Shown piece by piece: positions 1 to 9,636 of a DNA stretch of 64,000 nt (the stretch's first letter is position 1; each line of letters opens with the position of its first letter). The stretch covers positions 512,001-576,000 of the forward strand of contig CAVVHE010000009.1 of assembly GCA_963748015.1 (NCBI GenBank). The letters are read 5' to 3'. The notes beneath the pieces were generated by a model, which was not told the DNA's origin, did not search any database, and saw only the letters and a list, made by a program, of their open reading frames with translations. Position numbers and translations under genes: made by a program. The stretch comes from Terriglobia bacterium. Lineage in GTDB: Bacteria; Acidobacteriota; Polarisedimenticolia; Polarisedimenticolales; JAIQFR01.

Positions 1-707
1 AACACGAACAGCCGCCCGAGCGAGGCTAGGCAGCGGTAGCTCCGCGCGATGGACGCCCCGCCGACCGCGTCCAGGGCGATGTCGACGCCGCGCCCCTCGG
101 TGAGGCGGCGCACCTCGACGTCGAAGTCGCGCGTCGCGGAGTCGATGCAGTGGCGCACACCGGCCGAGCGCAGGCGCTCGTGCTTTCCGGCGCTCGCGAT
201 CCCGATGACCTCGGCCCCCCGCGAGCGGCAGAGCTGCAGCGCGGCGAGGCCGACGCCCCCGGCCGCGGCGTGCACCAGTACGCGCTCGCCGGCCCGGACG
301 TTCCCCAGCCGGAACAGCATCAGCCAGGCCGTGAGGTAGTTCACCGGAAGGGCCGCGGCGGACTCCAGGGGCAGGTTCGAGGGGGCGGGAAAGGCGGAGG
401 AAGACGGCACGACCACGACGTCGCTGTAGCCGCCGAAGTACGTACCGGCGACCACCCGCGCGCCGGCCTCGAGTTCCGTGACGCCCGGGCCGACCGCGTC
501 CACGACGCCGGACACCTCGTAGCCGACGACGCAGGGAGTCTTCGGCGCGTCGGGGTAGAGCCCGAGGCGCGCGAGGATGTCGGCGAAATTCACGCCGGCC
601 GCCGCGGTGCGGATGCGCACCTGACCCGGGCCCGGCCGCGGGTCCGGCGCTTCGCGCACCTCGAGTACGTCCGGCGGGCCGTGGCGTGGGATCCAGATCT
701 GTCTCAT
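1..707 (-). CDS. MDR-family NADPH:quinone oxidoreductase (VAT-1-like), truncated by window edge
   Basis: Manual translation from ATG 707 (GGAGG RBS): MRQIWIPRHGPPDVLEVREAPDP...GVNFADILARLGLYPDAP..PCVVGYEVSG...VLVHAAAGGVGLAA. Absent from the ORF track because its stop lies outside the window. Confidence 0.9.
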   Translation of the reverse strand, partial: MRQIWIPRHGPPDVLEVREAPDPRPGPGQVRIRTAAAGVNFADILARLGLYPDAPKTPCVVGYEVSGVVDAVGPGVTELEAGARVVAGTYFGGYSDVVVVPSSSAFPAPSNLPLESAAALPVNYLTAWLMLFRLGNVRAGERVLVHAAAGGVGLAALQLCRSRGAEVIGIASAGKHERLRSAGVRHCIDSATRDFDVEVRRLTEGRGVDIALDAVGGASIARSYRCLASLGRLFV

Positions 708-748
708 GGAGCCTCCGCGCGAGAGGCCGGCCAGGATACCACCCGGAG

Positions 749-788
749 AAAAAAAACGGCCCGCACGGAGGTTATGCCGTGCGGGCCG
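749..788 (-). terminator. Rho-independent terminator downstream of the S8 peptidase gene
   Basis: 12-bp stem CGGCCCGCACGG/CCGTGCGGGCCG, 8-nt loop, followed by T8 on the minus strand. Confidence 0.85.
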
Positions 789-932
789 AACCAGGGGGCC
801 GGGTCTTGACGGAAGCGCGTCTTGACCCGGTGGTAACCGGCGGCCGCCCCGGTCGCGCCGCCAGAGCGGGCGCGGCCGGGGCAGTCGCATCGAGACGAGC
901 GTTACGGAGGTGTCACCCTCCAGTGGGGGTGC

Positions 933-3900
933 CTACTGGCACTCCCCGTTGCCGGGCAGGACGACGCGCGCCTTGGACGCCGAGACGGTGCCGTACGAGC
1001 TGTCTTCCTGACCGTTGTTGAACTGGACCGCGTAGAAGAACACGTGTCCGGGAGCCGGAATCGCCGTGTCTTCGTACCCGGCCGTCGTCGTGGACGGCGT
1101 GTTGCTCAGGATGCAAACCACCTGGCCGAGGTTGAGGTTCGAGCCCTCGACCCTGAGGTTCGCGAGGTCGCCGCGGATCACGTCGTAGTGCAGCGCGACG
1201 TCAACCGCGCTCCAGACGACCCGCGAATTGCGGCCGTTCTCCATGGTGACGTTGAGCGGTTCGGCCGCCATCTCGGCCCGGTCGTGCGGAACGCTGACCT
1301 CGGAGGCCGTCGTGGCGGAGTTGCCCGAGCCGTCGCTGACCATGTAGGTGAGGGTGTAAAGGCGTCCCGAGCCGCCGCCCATGCGCTCGGCGCGGAGCAT
1401 GACCTGGAAGTCCGGGGTGCCGGTGGCGGCGCCCTGGATGTCGTCGGTCGTGTTGCCGTCGCCGCCGCCCTGGGCGTCATCCGGCTCGTTCGAGGTCGCC
1501 GACACGAGGACCACCGAGACGCTCGGGTAGCAGATATCCGAGGCGGTCACGGTGGCGGTGACGTTGGACATCTTGTGGTTCGGCGGCCAGAGGACGCTCG
1601 GGTGGACCGACGAGGTGATCGTCGGCGCGATCGTGTCCACGATCGTCACGGCGACGGTCGCGGGATCGGAATTCTGGTAGCCGTCATTGACCACCAGGGT
1701 GACCAGCGTCGTTCCCAGCGGGAAGCTGGCGGACGGCGTCGGGCTGGTCGGATCGTCGAAGGTGATGCCCGGCGCGCTCCAGAAGTAGGTCAGCGGATCG
1801 CCGTCGGCGTCCGAGGACCCGGTTCCGTTGAACATCGCGGTTGCGCTGAGGTTGCCCGTGCACTCGAGCGTCTGCGGCGTGCCGGGCACGGCAACCGGCT
1901 TCACGTCCACGATGAGCTGGACCGGAACGTCGACGGTCGGCGTCGCCGGGTCGTTGCTGGTGAAGTGGAACGTGGCGTCGTGGACCCCGTGCAGGAGGTC
2001 GGGATCCGTGGCGTCGAAGCTGGCGACGATCGCCGTGCACTCGCCCGCGGGGATCGTCCCGCTGGTCGGCGTGAACGTGACCCACTCGGGCAGCGCCTTG
2101 AACTCGATCGCCATGTTGTCGTGGACGTAGTCCACGTTGTACGCGGCCTGCAGACCGTCGGCCTTCGTGTCGTTCTGGATGCCGATGGTGGCCGAGTTCA
2201 GCGTGGCGGACAGCATCGTCTCGTACTGGTAGACGACCTTTCCGCTCGGGTAGATGATGACCTCGAAGTTCAGGTCGTCCGTGTACCCGGCGATCCGGTA
2301 CATGTGCTGGTACTGGATGATGAGTCGCGCCCCGTCGTAGTAGTAGTAGATCGCCGACGGAAGCGGCTCGGACCCGGACCCGTCGCGGGAGACGAGATCG
2401 TCCCAGAACGGGGCGAGCAGGTTCTCCGGCGCGCCGGAGTTGGGCAGCGGCTGGTTGGTGTAGCTGGTCAAGGCGCTGGTGAAGCTGATCCAGCCGTTGG
2501 TGGTGACGCGGAAGTCGGTGAACGTGTTCCCGTAGAACTTGAACGGGAACCCGATCGCGAACGGGCCGAGGTTGCAGTCGTCGCAGTAGCCGGTCGTGCC
2601 GATCGGAATCTGCGTGCCGATGCCGCTGATATCCACCCAGTCGTACATCGGGCCGCCCGCCTCGTCCGAATCCTTCCAGCGGTAGCCGAACACGTCGGGG
2701 CCGCCGGAGCCGAGGATGCCGGGCCGCGGGTCGATCTCGTCCTTGCCGAGCTCGAGCGGGGCGTACTGCGCCACGTTCGCGGCAGCGGAGAAGATGTTCG
2801 CCGCGCCGTTCCAGGTGAGATCGCTGCCGCCGGTGTTGCAGACGGACAGGTTGCGGGTGCTCATGCTGCCCGGAGGCAGGATCTCGGTGATGGACGCCGG
2901 CGCCACGTTGATGACCGGCGGATCGAGAGCCGTGCCGTCGAGCGGGATCTCGAGCGAAGGCATGGCCGGGTCGTCGCTGGTGACCGTGATGCTGCCGGTG
3001 AGCGGGCCCGCCATCGTCGGCGAGAAGTGGACCGTCACGGGAATCTGCCCGTAGACGGGAATCGCCGCCGGCGTCGTGATACCGGTCACGCTGAAGTCGC
3101 CGGACACCGAGACGCTGTTGATGTGCAGGACGTCGGTCCCGGTGTTCTTGATCGCCAGCGGCAGCGTGCGGCTGTAGCCGACGTAGGTCATCGGGAACGT
3201 GAGCGACGCCGGGGCCGCCCCGATGTGCGGGATGCCGGTGACGTGGAGGTTCACCGGGACCTGGAACACGCCGCGCGCCGGATCGTTCGTGGTGATCTCG
3301 ATGTACGCGAGGTAGTCGCCGCCGACCAGGCCGGCCGAGTTGATCGTGACGTCGAGATCGGAGAACCCGCCGGCCGGGATCGCTCCCGTGCGAGGCGTGA
3401 CGGTGAGCCAGCCCGCGGGCGGGTTGAACTCGACCGCCAGGCCGTTGTGCATGTAGGCCGCGTTGTAGACCACGGTCAGGCCGTCGGCCATCGTGGAATC
3501 CTGGATGCCGATCGTGGCCTCGTTGAGCCGCGTGCCCTGCATGTCGAGGTACTGGAAGACGATCCTGCCGTTGGGGTAGAGGATCGCCTGGAAGGTGTAG
3601 GGGGTCGTCGTGCCGTAGCGCTGCACGCCGACGTACGACAGGATGAACCGGCTACCGTCGTTGTAGTAGTACGCCTGGCCCGCGGTGCGGAGATCCAGGT
3701 CGTCCCAGAACGCCGCCAGCAGGTTCGGCGGCGCGCCGGTGCTCGGCAGGCCGGTGTTCCCGAGGCTCGTCAAGGTGCTGGTGAACGACAGCCAGCCGTT
3801 CGTGCAGACGTTCACGGTGCCGAACGAGCCGCCGTAGAACGGGAAGTTGAAGCCGATCGGGATGCCCTGCGCGTTGCCGTCATCGAGCGTCCCGTTGGTC

Positions 3901-6900
3901 ACGGCCGTGATTGGCGTGCCGATCGTGCTGATGTCGACCCAGTTGAACACCGGGCCGGCCAGCGAGTCGGAATCGCGCCAGCGGTAGCCGAAGGTGTCGG
4001 GACCGCCCGATCCGAGGACGCCGGGGTTCGAATCCACCGCGTCCTTCTTGTCTTCCACCGGCGGGAAGACCGGCACCGCGGCCGCGTTCAGGAGGCGGAC
4101 CTCCGCGGTGTAGTTCAGATCGCTGCCGCCCTGGTTCTCGAGGTGCAGCAGGTGGTTCACGACGTCGCCCTCGAAGACCGAGTCGGAGAACGACGACGGC
4201 GACCACACGGCGATCGGCGGCATGATGGCGGTGCCGCTGATCGGCATCGTCTTGACCGGGTTCACCGGATCGTTGCTGATGACCTGGACCGCCGCGTTCG
4301 AGGGGAGCGCGCCCGGCAAGGTCGGCAGCCACCTCAGGTTGAAGATGCGCGAGCCTCCGGGCGGGAGCGGGAAGGCCGCGTTGACGGACAGCTCGCCGTT
4401 GGCGGGCTCGGACACCGTCAGCGACCCGTGATTGGTGGTGACGTCGGTCACGTTCAGCGTGTCGGTGCCGGTGTTCACCACCTGCACCGTCGTCAGGTAG
4501 GGATACCCGACGAACTTCGTCCCGTAGGCGAACGAGGTCGGCACGATGCTCGCGATCGGCACGCCGATCACCGTCAGCGCGGTCGGAATCGGCCGCGTCT
4601 CGGGAAGGTTGTTGGTCAGGACGACGGCGCCGTTGAGCGTGCCGCCGACCCTATCCGTGGAGTCGAACTGCACGTTGAACACGGTGCTGCCGCCGGGCGG
4701 GATGGTCGCGCTGGACGGCGTCACCTTGAGCCAGTCCGGCGTCCTGCTGATCTGGACGGCCAGGTTGTTCTTGATGTACGTCCCGTTGTAGGCCATCTGG
4801 AGGAAATTCGCGGGGGTCGTGGTCGCCAGGTTCTGCATCCCCACGGTCGCGATGTTGAGCGATCCCGTCATGGTGAGGTACTGGTAGACGATCTTGCCGT
4901 TCGGATAGAGCAGCACCTCGAAGTTGAGGTCTTCGGTCGAGCCGCGCTGGAAGACGTTCTTGTACTGGACGATGACCCTGCTGCCGTCATTCTTCCAGTA
5001 CGCCCGCGACGTCCGCGCGGGGGTCCCGTAGTTGGTGCGGAAGTACAGGTCGTCCCAGAACGGCGCGAGGGTGTTCTTGGGGAGCGCCGTGGTCGGGAGC
5101 GCGACGTTGCTGTACGGGTTGGACGTGGTCGAATCGAAGGTGATGAACCCGTTGGTGTTCACCCTCATCGACGTGTAGTTGACGCCGTAGAACGGGAAGG
5201 TCATCCCGATGTTGCTGATGACGACGCCGGCGTCGTCGCCCGTGAGAGAGAGCAGGGTGCCCGTCGTGCTGATGTCCACCCAGTCGAACGTCGGACCGCC
5301 CGAGGCGTCCGAGTCCTTCCAGCGGTAGCCGAAGCCGTCGGGGCCGCCCGAGGCCAGGGCGCTGATCTCGTCGGCGACGACGAGCTGGCCGTTGCCCTGG
5401 TCGGCGGCGGCGTTGACGACGAGGTTCGAGCCGCCGGTGTTGTAGATGGTCAGCGGCTGGGTCGCTTGCTGGCCGGTGTACAACGTCTGGGCGAGCGTGG
5501 TCGGACTGGTGACCATCTGCGGCGCGACGAGGCCGTTGCCCGTGACCGGCACGGAGACAATCGGCCGATTCGCGTCGTTGCTCATCACCGTGAGGGATCC
5601 GGAGTACGCACCCGGCACCGCGGGCGTCCAGATCGCCTGGACGGTCCGCGAGGACTTGGGTGCGAGGTCGAACGTCGCCGCGCTGACGGTCAGCGTGGGA
5701 TCGCTCGCCACGATGTCGGTCACGTGCAGCGTGTCGGTTCCGGGGTTGGCGACGATGAGGCTCTGGGCCGTGGCGACGCCTACGAACACGTCACCGTACG
5801 CGAGGGAGGTCGGCTGAACGCTGACCTGCGGCGCGCCGATCACGTGGAGCGAGGCGTTCACGGTCATCGTGGGATGGACCGGATCGTTGCTCACGATGTT
5901 GACGGTGCCCGGGTACGTTCCGCCCTCGAGCCCCGAAGCATCCATGTGCAGGTTGATGATCTTGGACTCGCCCGTCCGGAGGCGTCCGGAGGTCGGGAAA
6001 GCGGTCAGCCACTGCGGGATCGAGGCGATGCGCACCGCCAGGCCGTCGTGGATGTACGCCTGGTTGAACGCGACCTGGAGTCCCACGGTCTTCGTGGCGT
6101 TCTGGATGCCGACGGACGCGCTGTTCACCGCACCCGACATCGTCAGGTACTGGAAGGTGACCGCGCCGCTGGCGTCGAGGATCGCCTGGAAGGTGTAGGC
6201 GCCGGTGCCGCTGTAGGGCGGAATGGCTTCCCACTGCACGATCGCGGAGGTGCCGAACGACTGGAAGAACGCCTTGTTCGTCGTCCCCGCGTTGAGGTCG
6301 TCCCAGAACGGGGCGACGAAGTTCTCGGGCGCGCCGGAGTTCGGCAGAGGCTGGTTCGAGTAGGACGTGGCCGCGCTGGTGAACGACAGCCAGCCGTTGG
6401 TGCAGACCCGGATCGAATCGAAGAACGTGCCGTAGAACGGCATGTTGAAGCCGAGCGCGATCGGGCCGGTGGTGGAGTCGTCGCCGGTCAGCGCCAGAGG
6501 CGTGCCCGTCGTGGAGATGTCCACCCAGTTGAAGGCCGGACCGCCCGGCTCGTCGCTATCCACCCAGCGGTAGCCGAACGAGTCGGGACCGCCGGCGCCC
6601 AGGACGACCGGGTCGCCGTGACGGGGATCGAGCTCGTCCTTGCCGAGCAGGAGCGGCTCCTGCGGGACGGCGCTCATCGGCTCGCCGACCATCGGGGTCG
6701 GGATCGTGAAGTCGAGCGTGCCGACGCCGAGGTTGGACAGGGTGACGGTCCGGTCGGCCGTGCCGCCGGTGTAGAGATCGGCCGACACCGAGGTCGGATC
6801 CACGTTGCCCGTGGGCGGCGGCAAGGTGTTGCCGGACGCGAGGTTCGAGAGCGGTCCGGGGTTGCCCCACTCGTCGAACGCCTTGATGGCGAAGTAGTAG

Positions 6901-8456
6901 AACGTGTTCGCCACGAGGCCGCGAACCTCCATGCTCTCGGGCGATCCCGAAGCCTGGGGCGTGGGCTCGTTGCCCGCGCGGGTCGCGGAGGCCCAGTTCG
7001 CGTCGGTGATCGGGTCGGCGGCGTAGCGAACCTCGTAGTAGTTCGCCGTTCCGACCGCGCCATCGTCACCTGTGGCGGTCCAGGTCAGGGCCATCGTGTT
7101 GGAGCCGGGGTCCACCGTCGCCAGGTCGGCTATCGCGCCGGGCGGGACGACGTCGGGCTCGGCAACCGTGAAGAACGCGTTGAGCCGTCCACCGGTGACG
7201 CACTTGCCGGTCAGCGACGGGATGTGGTCCACGGAGGACATCAGCCTGGACTTCATCTGGGCGACCGGCACGGCCGGGCTCAGCGAGCGCATCAGGCCGA
7301 GAACGCCTGCAACGTGCGGGCAGGCCATCGACGTTCCGGAGTTCGTCCCGTAGGACGAGCCAGGCAGCGAGCTCAGGACGTCCACCCCGGGCGCGCCGAG
7401 GTCCACCGAGACCAGGCCGTAGTTCGAGAACGATGCCAGGCCGTCGTTGTGATCCGTGGCGGCCACGGACACGATGTTGGCGAGATCGTACGCGGCGGGA
7501 TACGACGGGCTCGTGTCCGAGTTCGAGCCGTTGTTGCCGGCCGCGGCGACGAACGCCATCTCGTTGGCACCCGCTGCCGCGATCGAGTCGTACAACGCCT
7601 GCGAGAAGCTGCCGCCTCCCCAGGAGTTGCTCGTCAGATCCACGCCCATCTGGACCGAGTAGTCCACGGCGGCGATGGCGCCGGTCGTCGAGCCGGACCC
7701 GCCCGAGCTGAGGAACTTGAGGCACATGATCTTGACGTTCCAGTTGACGCCGACCACCCCGATTCCGTTGTCGCCGATGGCGCCAATCGTGCCGGAGGTG
7801 TGCGTGCCGTGGCCGTGGTCGTCAAAAGGATCCGCGTCGTTGTTGTAGAAGTCGTAGCCGTGGATGTCGTCGACGAAGCCGTTGCCGTCGTCGTCGATGC
7901 CGTTTCCGGGGATCTCGCCGGGGTTCGTCCAGACGTTGGCCGCGAGATCCGGGTGGTTGTAGTCGCACCCGGTGTCGATCACGCCAATGATGACGTTCGG
8001 GCTGCCTACGGAGACGCCCCAGGCCAGTGTGGCGTCGATGTCAGCGCCCGCGGTGCCTCCGGTTTGCCCGGTGTTCCGAAGTCCCCACATCTCGTTGAAG
8101 CGGGGATCGTTCGGGACGATGCTTGCGGTGAGGATGTAGTTCGGTTCGGCGTACTCGACTTGGGGGTTCGCCTTCAGGCGCGCGACGGCCTGTTCGACGG
8201 ACGCGCCCTGGCCGAGGCTCCAGTGCTCGGCCTTGGATCTGAACGACTTGCGAAGCTGACCCGCCACGTCCGCCCGGGCCGAGGCCTTGTGGCGCGCCTC
8301 TGCCTGGGGCTTGAACTTGACGATCAACTCGCCCGGAACGTAGGCGGGCTTTTGCCCGCCGGGCTTCGGTGCGCTCATCAGCGTTCCGACGTCGCTGACG
8401 AGGAATACGAGAAGGACCAACGCGAGCAGAGCCAAGAGGAGTCTTGAACGCGGCAT
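933..8456 (-). CDS. Giant secreted S8 (subtilisin-like) serine peptidase, ~2507 aa, with FN3, four repeated modules, Ig-like (choice-of-anchor D type) and PKD-like domains
   Basis: Signal peptide MPRSRLLLALLALVLLVFL; catalytic triad VIDTG / HGTHTSG / GTSMACPHVAG; purine-rich RBS before ATG 8456. Confidence 0.93.
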   Translation of the reverse strand: MPRSRLLLALLALVLLVFLVSDVGTLMSAPKPGGQKPAYVPGELIVKFKPQAEARHKASARADVAGQLRKSFRSKAEHWSLGQGASVEQAVARLKANPQVEYAEPNYILTASIVPNDPRFNEMWGLRNTGQTGGTAGADIDATLAWGVSVGSPNVIIGVIDTGCDYNHPDLAANVWTNPGEIPGNGIDDDGNGFVDDIHGYDFYNNDADPFDDHGHGTHTSGTIGAIGDNGIGVVGVNWNVKIMCLKFLSSGGSGSTTGAIAAVDYSVQMGVDLTSNSWGGGSFSQALYDSIAAAGANEMAFVAAAGNNGSNSDTSPSYPAAYDLANIVSVAATDHNDGLASFSNYGLVSVDLGAPGVDVLSSLPGSSYGTNSGTSMACPHVAGVLGLMRSLSPAVPVAQMKSRLMSSVDHIPSLTGKCVTGGRLNAFFTVAEPDVVPPGAIADLATVDPGSNTMALTWTATGDDGAVGTANYYEVRYAADPITDANWASATRAGNEPTPQASGSPESMEVRGLVANTFYYFAIKAFDEWGNPGPLSNLASGNTLPPPTGNVDPTSVSADLYTGGTADRTVTLSNLGVGTLDFTIPTPMVGEPMSAVPQEPLLLGKDELDPRHGDPVVLGAGGPDSFGYRWVDSDEPGGPAFNWVDISTTGTPLALTGDDSTTGPIALGFNMPFYGTFFDSIRVCTNGWLSFTSAATSYSNQPLPNSGAPENFVAPFWDDLNAGTTNKAFFQSFGTSAIVQWEAIPPYSGTGAYTFQAILDASGAVTFQYLTMSGAVNSASVGIQNATKTVGLQVAFNQAYIHDGLAVRIASIPQWLTAFPTSGRLRTGESKIINLHMDASGLEGGTYPGTVNIVSNDPVHPTMTVNASLHVIGAPQVSVQPTSLAYGDVFVGVATAQSLIVANPGTDTLHVTDIVASDPTLTVSAATFDLAPKSSRTVQAIWTPAVPGAYSGSLTVMSNDANRPIVSVPVTGNGLVAPQMVTSPTTLAQTLYTGQQATQPLTIYNTGGSNLVVNAAADQGNGQLVVADEISALASGGPDGFGYRWKDSDASGGPTFDWVDISTTGTLLSLTGDDAGVVISNIGMTFPFYGVNYTSMRVNTNGFITFDSTTSNPYSNVALPTTALPKNTLAPFWDDLYFRTNYGTPARTSRAYWKNDGSRVIVQYKNVFQRGSTEDLNFEVLLYPNGKIVYQYLTMTGSLNIATVGMQNLATTTPANFLQMAYNGTYIKNNLAVQISRTPDWLKVTPSSATIPPGGSTVFNVQFDSTDRVGGTLNGAVVLTNNLPETRPIPTALTVIGVPIASIVPTSFAYGTKFVGYPYLTTVQVVNTGTDTLNVTDVTTNHGSLTVSEPANGELSVNAAFPLPPGGSRIFNLRWLPTLPGALPSNAAVQVISNDPVNPVKTMPISGTAIMPPIAVWSPSSFSDSVFEGDVVNHLLHLENQGGSDLNYTAEVRLLNAAAVPVFPPVEDKKDAVDSNPGVLGSGGPDTFGYRWRDSDSLAGPVFNWVDISTIGTPITAVTNGTLDDGNAQGIPIGFNFPFYGGSFGTVNVCTNGWLSFTSTLTSLGNTGLPSTGAPPNLLAAFWDDLDLRTAGQAYYYNDGSRFILSYVGVQRYGTTTPYTFQAILYPNGRIVFQYLDMQGTRLNEATIGIQDSTMADGLTVVYNAAYMHNGLAVEFNPPAGWLTVTPRTGAIPAGGFSDLDVTINSAGLVGGDYLAYIEITTNDPARGVFQVPVNLHVTGIPHIGAAPASLTFPMTYVGYSRTLPLAIKNTGTDVLHINSVSVSGDFSVTGITTPAAIPVYGQIPVTVHFSPTMAGPLTGSITVTSDDPAMPSLEIPLDGTALDPPVINVAPASITEILPPGSMSTRNLSVCNTGGSDLTWNGAANIFSAAANVAQYAPLELGKDEIDPRPGILGSGGPDVFGYRWKDSDEAGGPMYDWVDISGIGTQIPIGTTGYCDDCNLGPFAIGFPFKFYGNTFTDFRVTTNGWISFTSALTSYTNQPLPNSGAPENLLAPFWDDLVSRDGSGSEPLPSAIYYYYDGARLIIQYQHMYRIAGYTDDLNFEVIIYPSGKVVYQYETMLSATLNSATIGIQNDTKADGLQAAYNVDYVHDNMAIEFKALPEWVTFTPTSGTIPAGECTAIVASFDATDPDLLHGVHDATFHFTSNDPATPTVDVPVQLIVDVKPVAVPGTPQTLECTGNLSATAMFNGTGSSDADGDPLTYFWSAPGITFDDPTSPTPSASFPLGTTLVTLVVNDGYQNSDPATVAVTIVDTIAPTITSSVHPSVLWPPNHKMSNVTATVTASDICYPSVSVVLVSATSNEPDDAQGGGDGNTTDDIQGAATGTPDFQVMLRAERMGGGSGRLYTLTYMVSDGSGNSATTASEVSVPHDRAEMAAEPLNVTMENGRNSRVVWSAVDVALHYDVIRGDLANLRVEGSNLNLGQVVCILSNTPSTTTAGYEDTAIPAPGHVFFYAVQFNNGQEDSSYGTVSASKARVVLPGNGECQ

Positions 8457-8718
8457 GTTACCCCCCCTGAAAAAAGAGTGAACCGCCCGGACCCGGTTAG
8501 GTCCAAGGACCGGCACACCACATACAACCGGACTCGACCTGCCACCTCGGCCCGGCCGAGCCAGGAATCACCGACGCAGCGCCACACACGCCGGCTTCTG
8601 GGGGGGATCCGAAGACCGGCCCGCGGAATGCCCGATCCTCGTTCGACATGAATCACCCGCGGTGTGCCCAGCACCGCAGGCCACGAACTCGAAACGGAAC
8701 CCGCGCCTCCGAACGACT

Positions 8719-8748
8719 CTTATACGTCGAACGGTCCGGAAGTGTCAA
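8719..8748 (-). promoter_or_regulatory. Putative sigma70 promoter of the S8 peptidase gene
   Basis: TTGACA-N18-TATAAG on the minus strand in an AT-richer stretch. Confidence 0.55.
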
Positions 8749-8857
8749 AGAAAATCTCCGGAGGGTCGGCGCGAAGCCGCCGGTCGGCTGCAAGTTATTG
8801 TGCGACAAAGAGTACGGGAAATTGGATGGCGGCCGACGCCCGCGCCGCTCCGGGCCG

Positions 8858-9354
8858 CTATTTCGGAGGGGGGGAGGCTCGGCGTGGTCGAGCATGTGCA
8901 TCCCGACGATGACCGCCATCGCATCGGGGGGGAGGACGGAAAGCGTGGGCGTGAGCGGGATTTCCTTGCCTCCGCGGCTGACGACGAACCGAACCTTCCT
9001 GCCGGGGGTCCAGTTCTGCTTCATGAAGTCACAGGGGGCGCACTTGTCCTCGGTGACATCCGCGTACCTTGCCCCCTCGAGGGAGAGCAGAACGTCGCCC
9101 ACCTTGAAGCCCGCGGTCTCGGCGGGGCTGCCGGCCACCACCTTGGTGACCCTGCCGGCGTCGGAACCCAACGGATCGCCGTACTCGATACCCAGCCAAC
9201 CGCGGGACTTGAGCTTGGCGGCCATCTTGTTGAGGCAGGTCTGGGCATCCAGGGGGCACTTGTAGGCCTTTTGTTCCGCCACGGGGCCGGCGGATGCCAC
9301 GCCGCCCGCCACGAGCAGCGCCGAGACCGCGATCAGACGTTGAAAGACGATCAT
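8858..9354 (-). CDS. Small secreted PDZ-domain protein (paralogue 1); probable homopolymer indel near the 3' end
   Basis: Signal peptide; RGWLGI carboxylate loop; VVAGSPAETAGFKVGDVL. One extra base in the G7 run at 8868-8874 gives ...HAEPPPPPK-stop at 8858, matching the paralogue's length. As sequenced, it reads to 8653. Confidence 0.8.
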
Positions 9355-9441
9355 CAGAGTGTACCGAAAGAAACCCCGGTTCCCCTCGCGCCCTCGACCC
9401 TGGAACCGCGCCGCCTGACGCGTCCGTGACGGCACGGGGGA

Positions 9442-9515
9442 ATTCTACCGCCCAAGGGTGGGAAAGTCCGCCCAAACGTCGTAAATCCTCTCCACGATTG
9501 TCAAGAACTTGTAAA
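9442..9515 (-). promoter_or_regulatory. Putative OmpR-family-type direct-repeat site with -10 box, upstream of PDZ paralogue 1
   Basis: Plus strand: TGTCAA (9499) and TGTAAA (9510) at 11-bp period, GTAAA at 9481; minus-strand TAGAAT at 9442-9447. Same layout as 10232-10304. Confidence 0.55.
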
Positions 9516-9636
9516 CCGCCGGCTCCGGGTAGCCCCGCGCGGGGCCGCCGCGAGAACCCGGACGGTCTCGATGGGGGCGGCGGGAGGCCCGGCGGGCTCG
9601 CCGCGACCTCCCGCGATTCCACGGCGGGACCCCGTC

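Noticed and set aside
1044..8447. 2467-aa plus-strand ORF, and similar long antisense ORFs such as 60265..63228, 44561..46855 and 15411..17723
   Set aside because: Shadow frames of high-GC coding genes: Arg/Gly/Val-rich, no motifs, fully overlapping well-supported genes.
8653..8857. C-terminal extension of PDZ paralogue 1
   Set aside because: Absent in the paralogue, runs through the S8 promoter region, and is removed by a one-base correction in the G7 run.
9030..9050. CxxC in the PDZ proteins as a heme c site
   Set aside because: The motifs are CAPCD and CVPCE, lacking the His of CxxCH.
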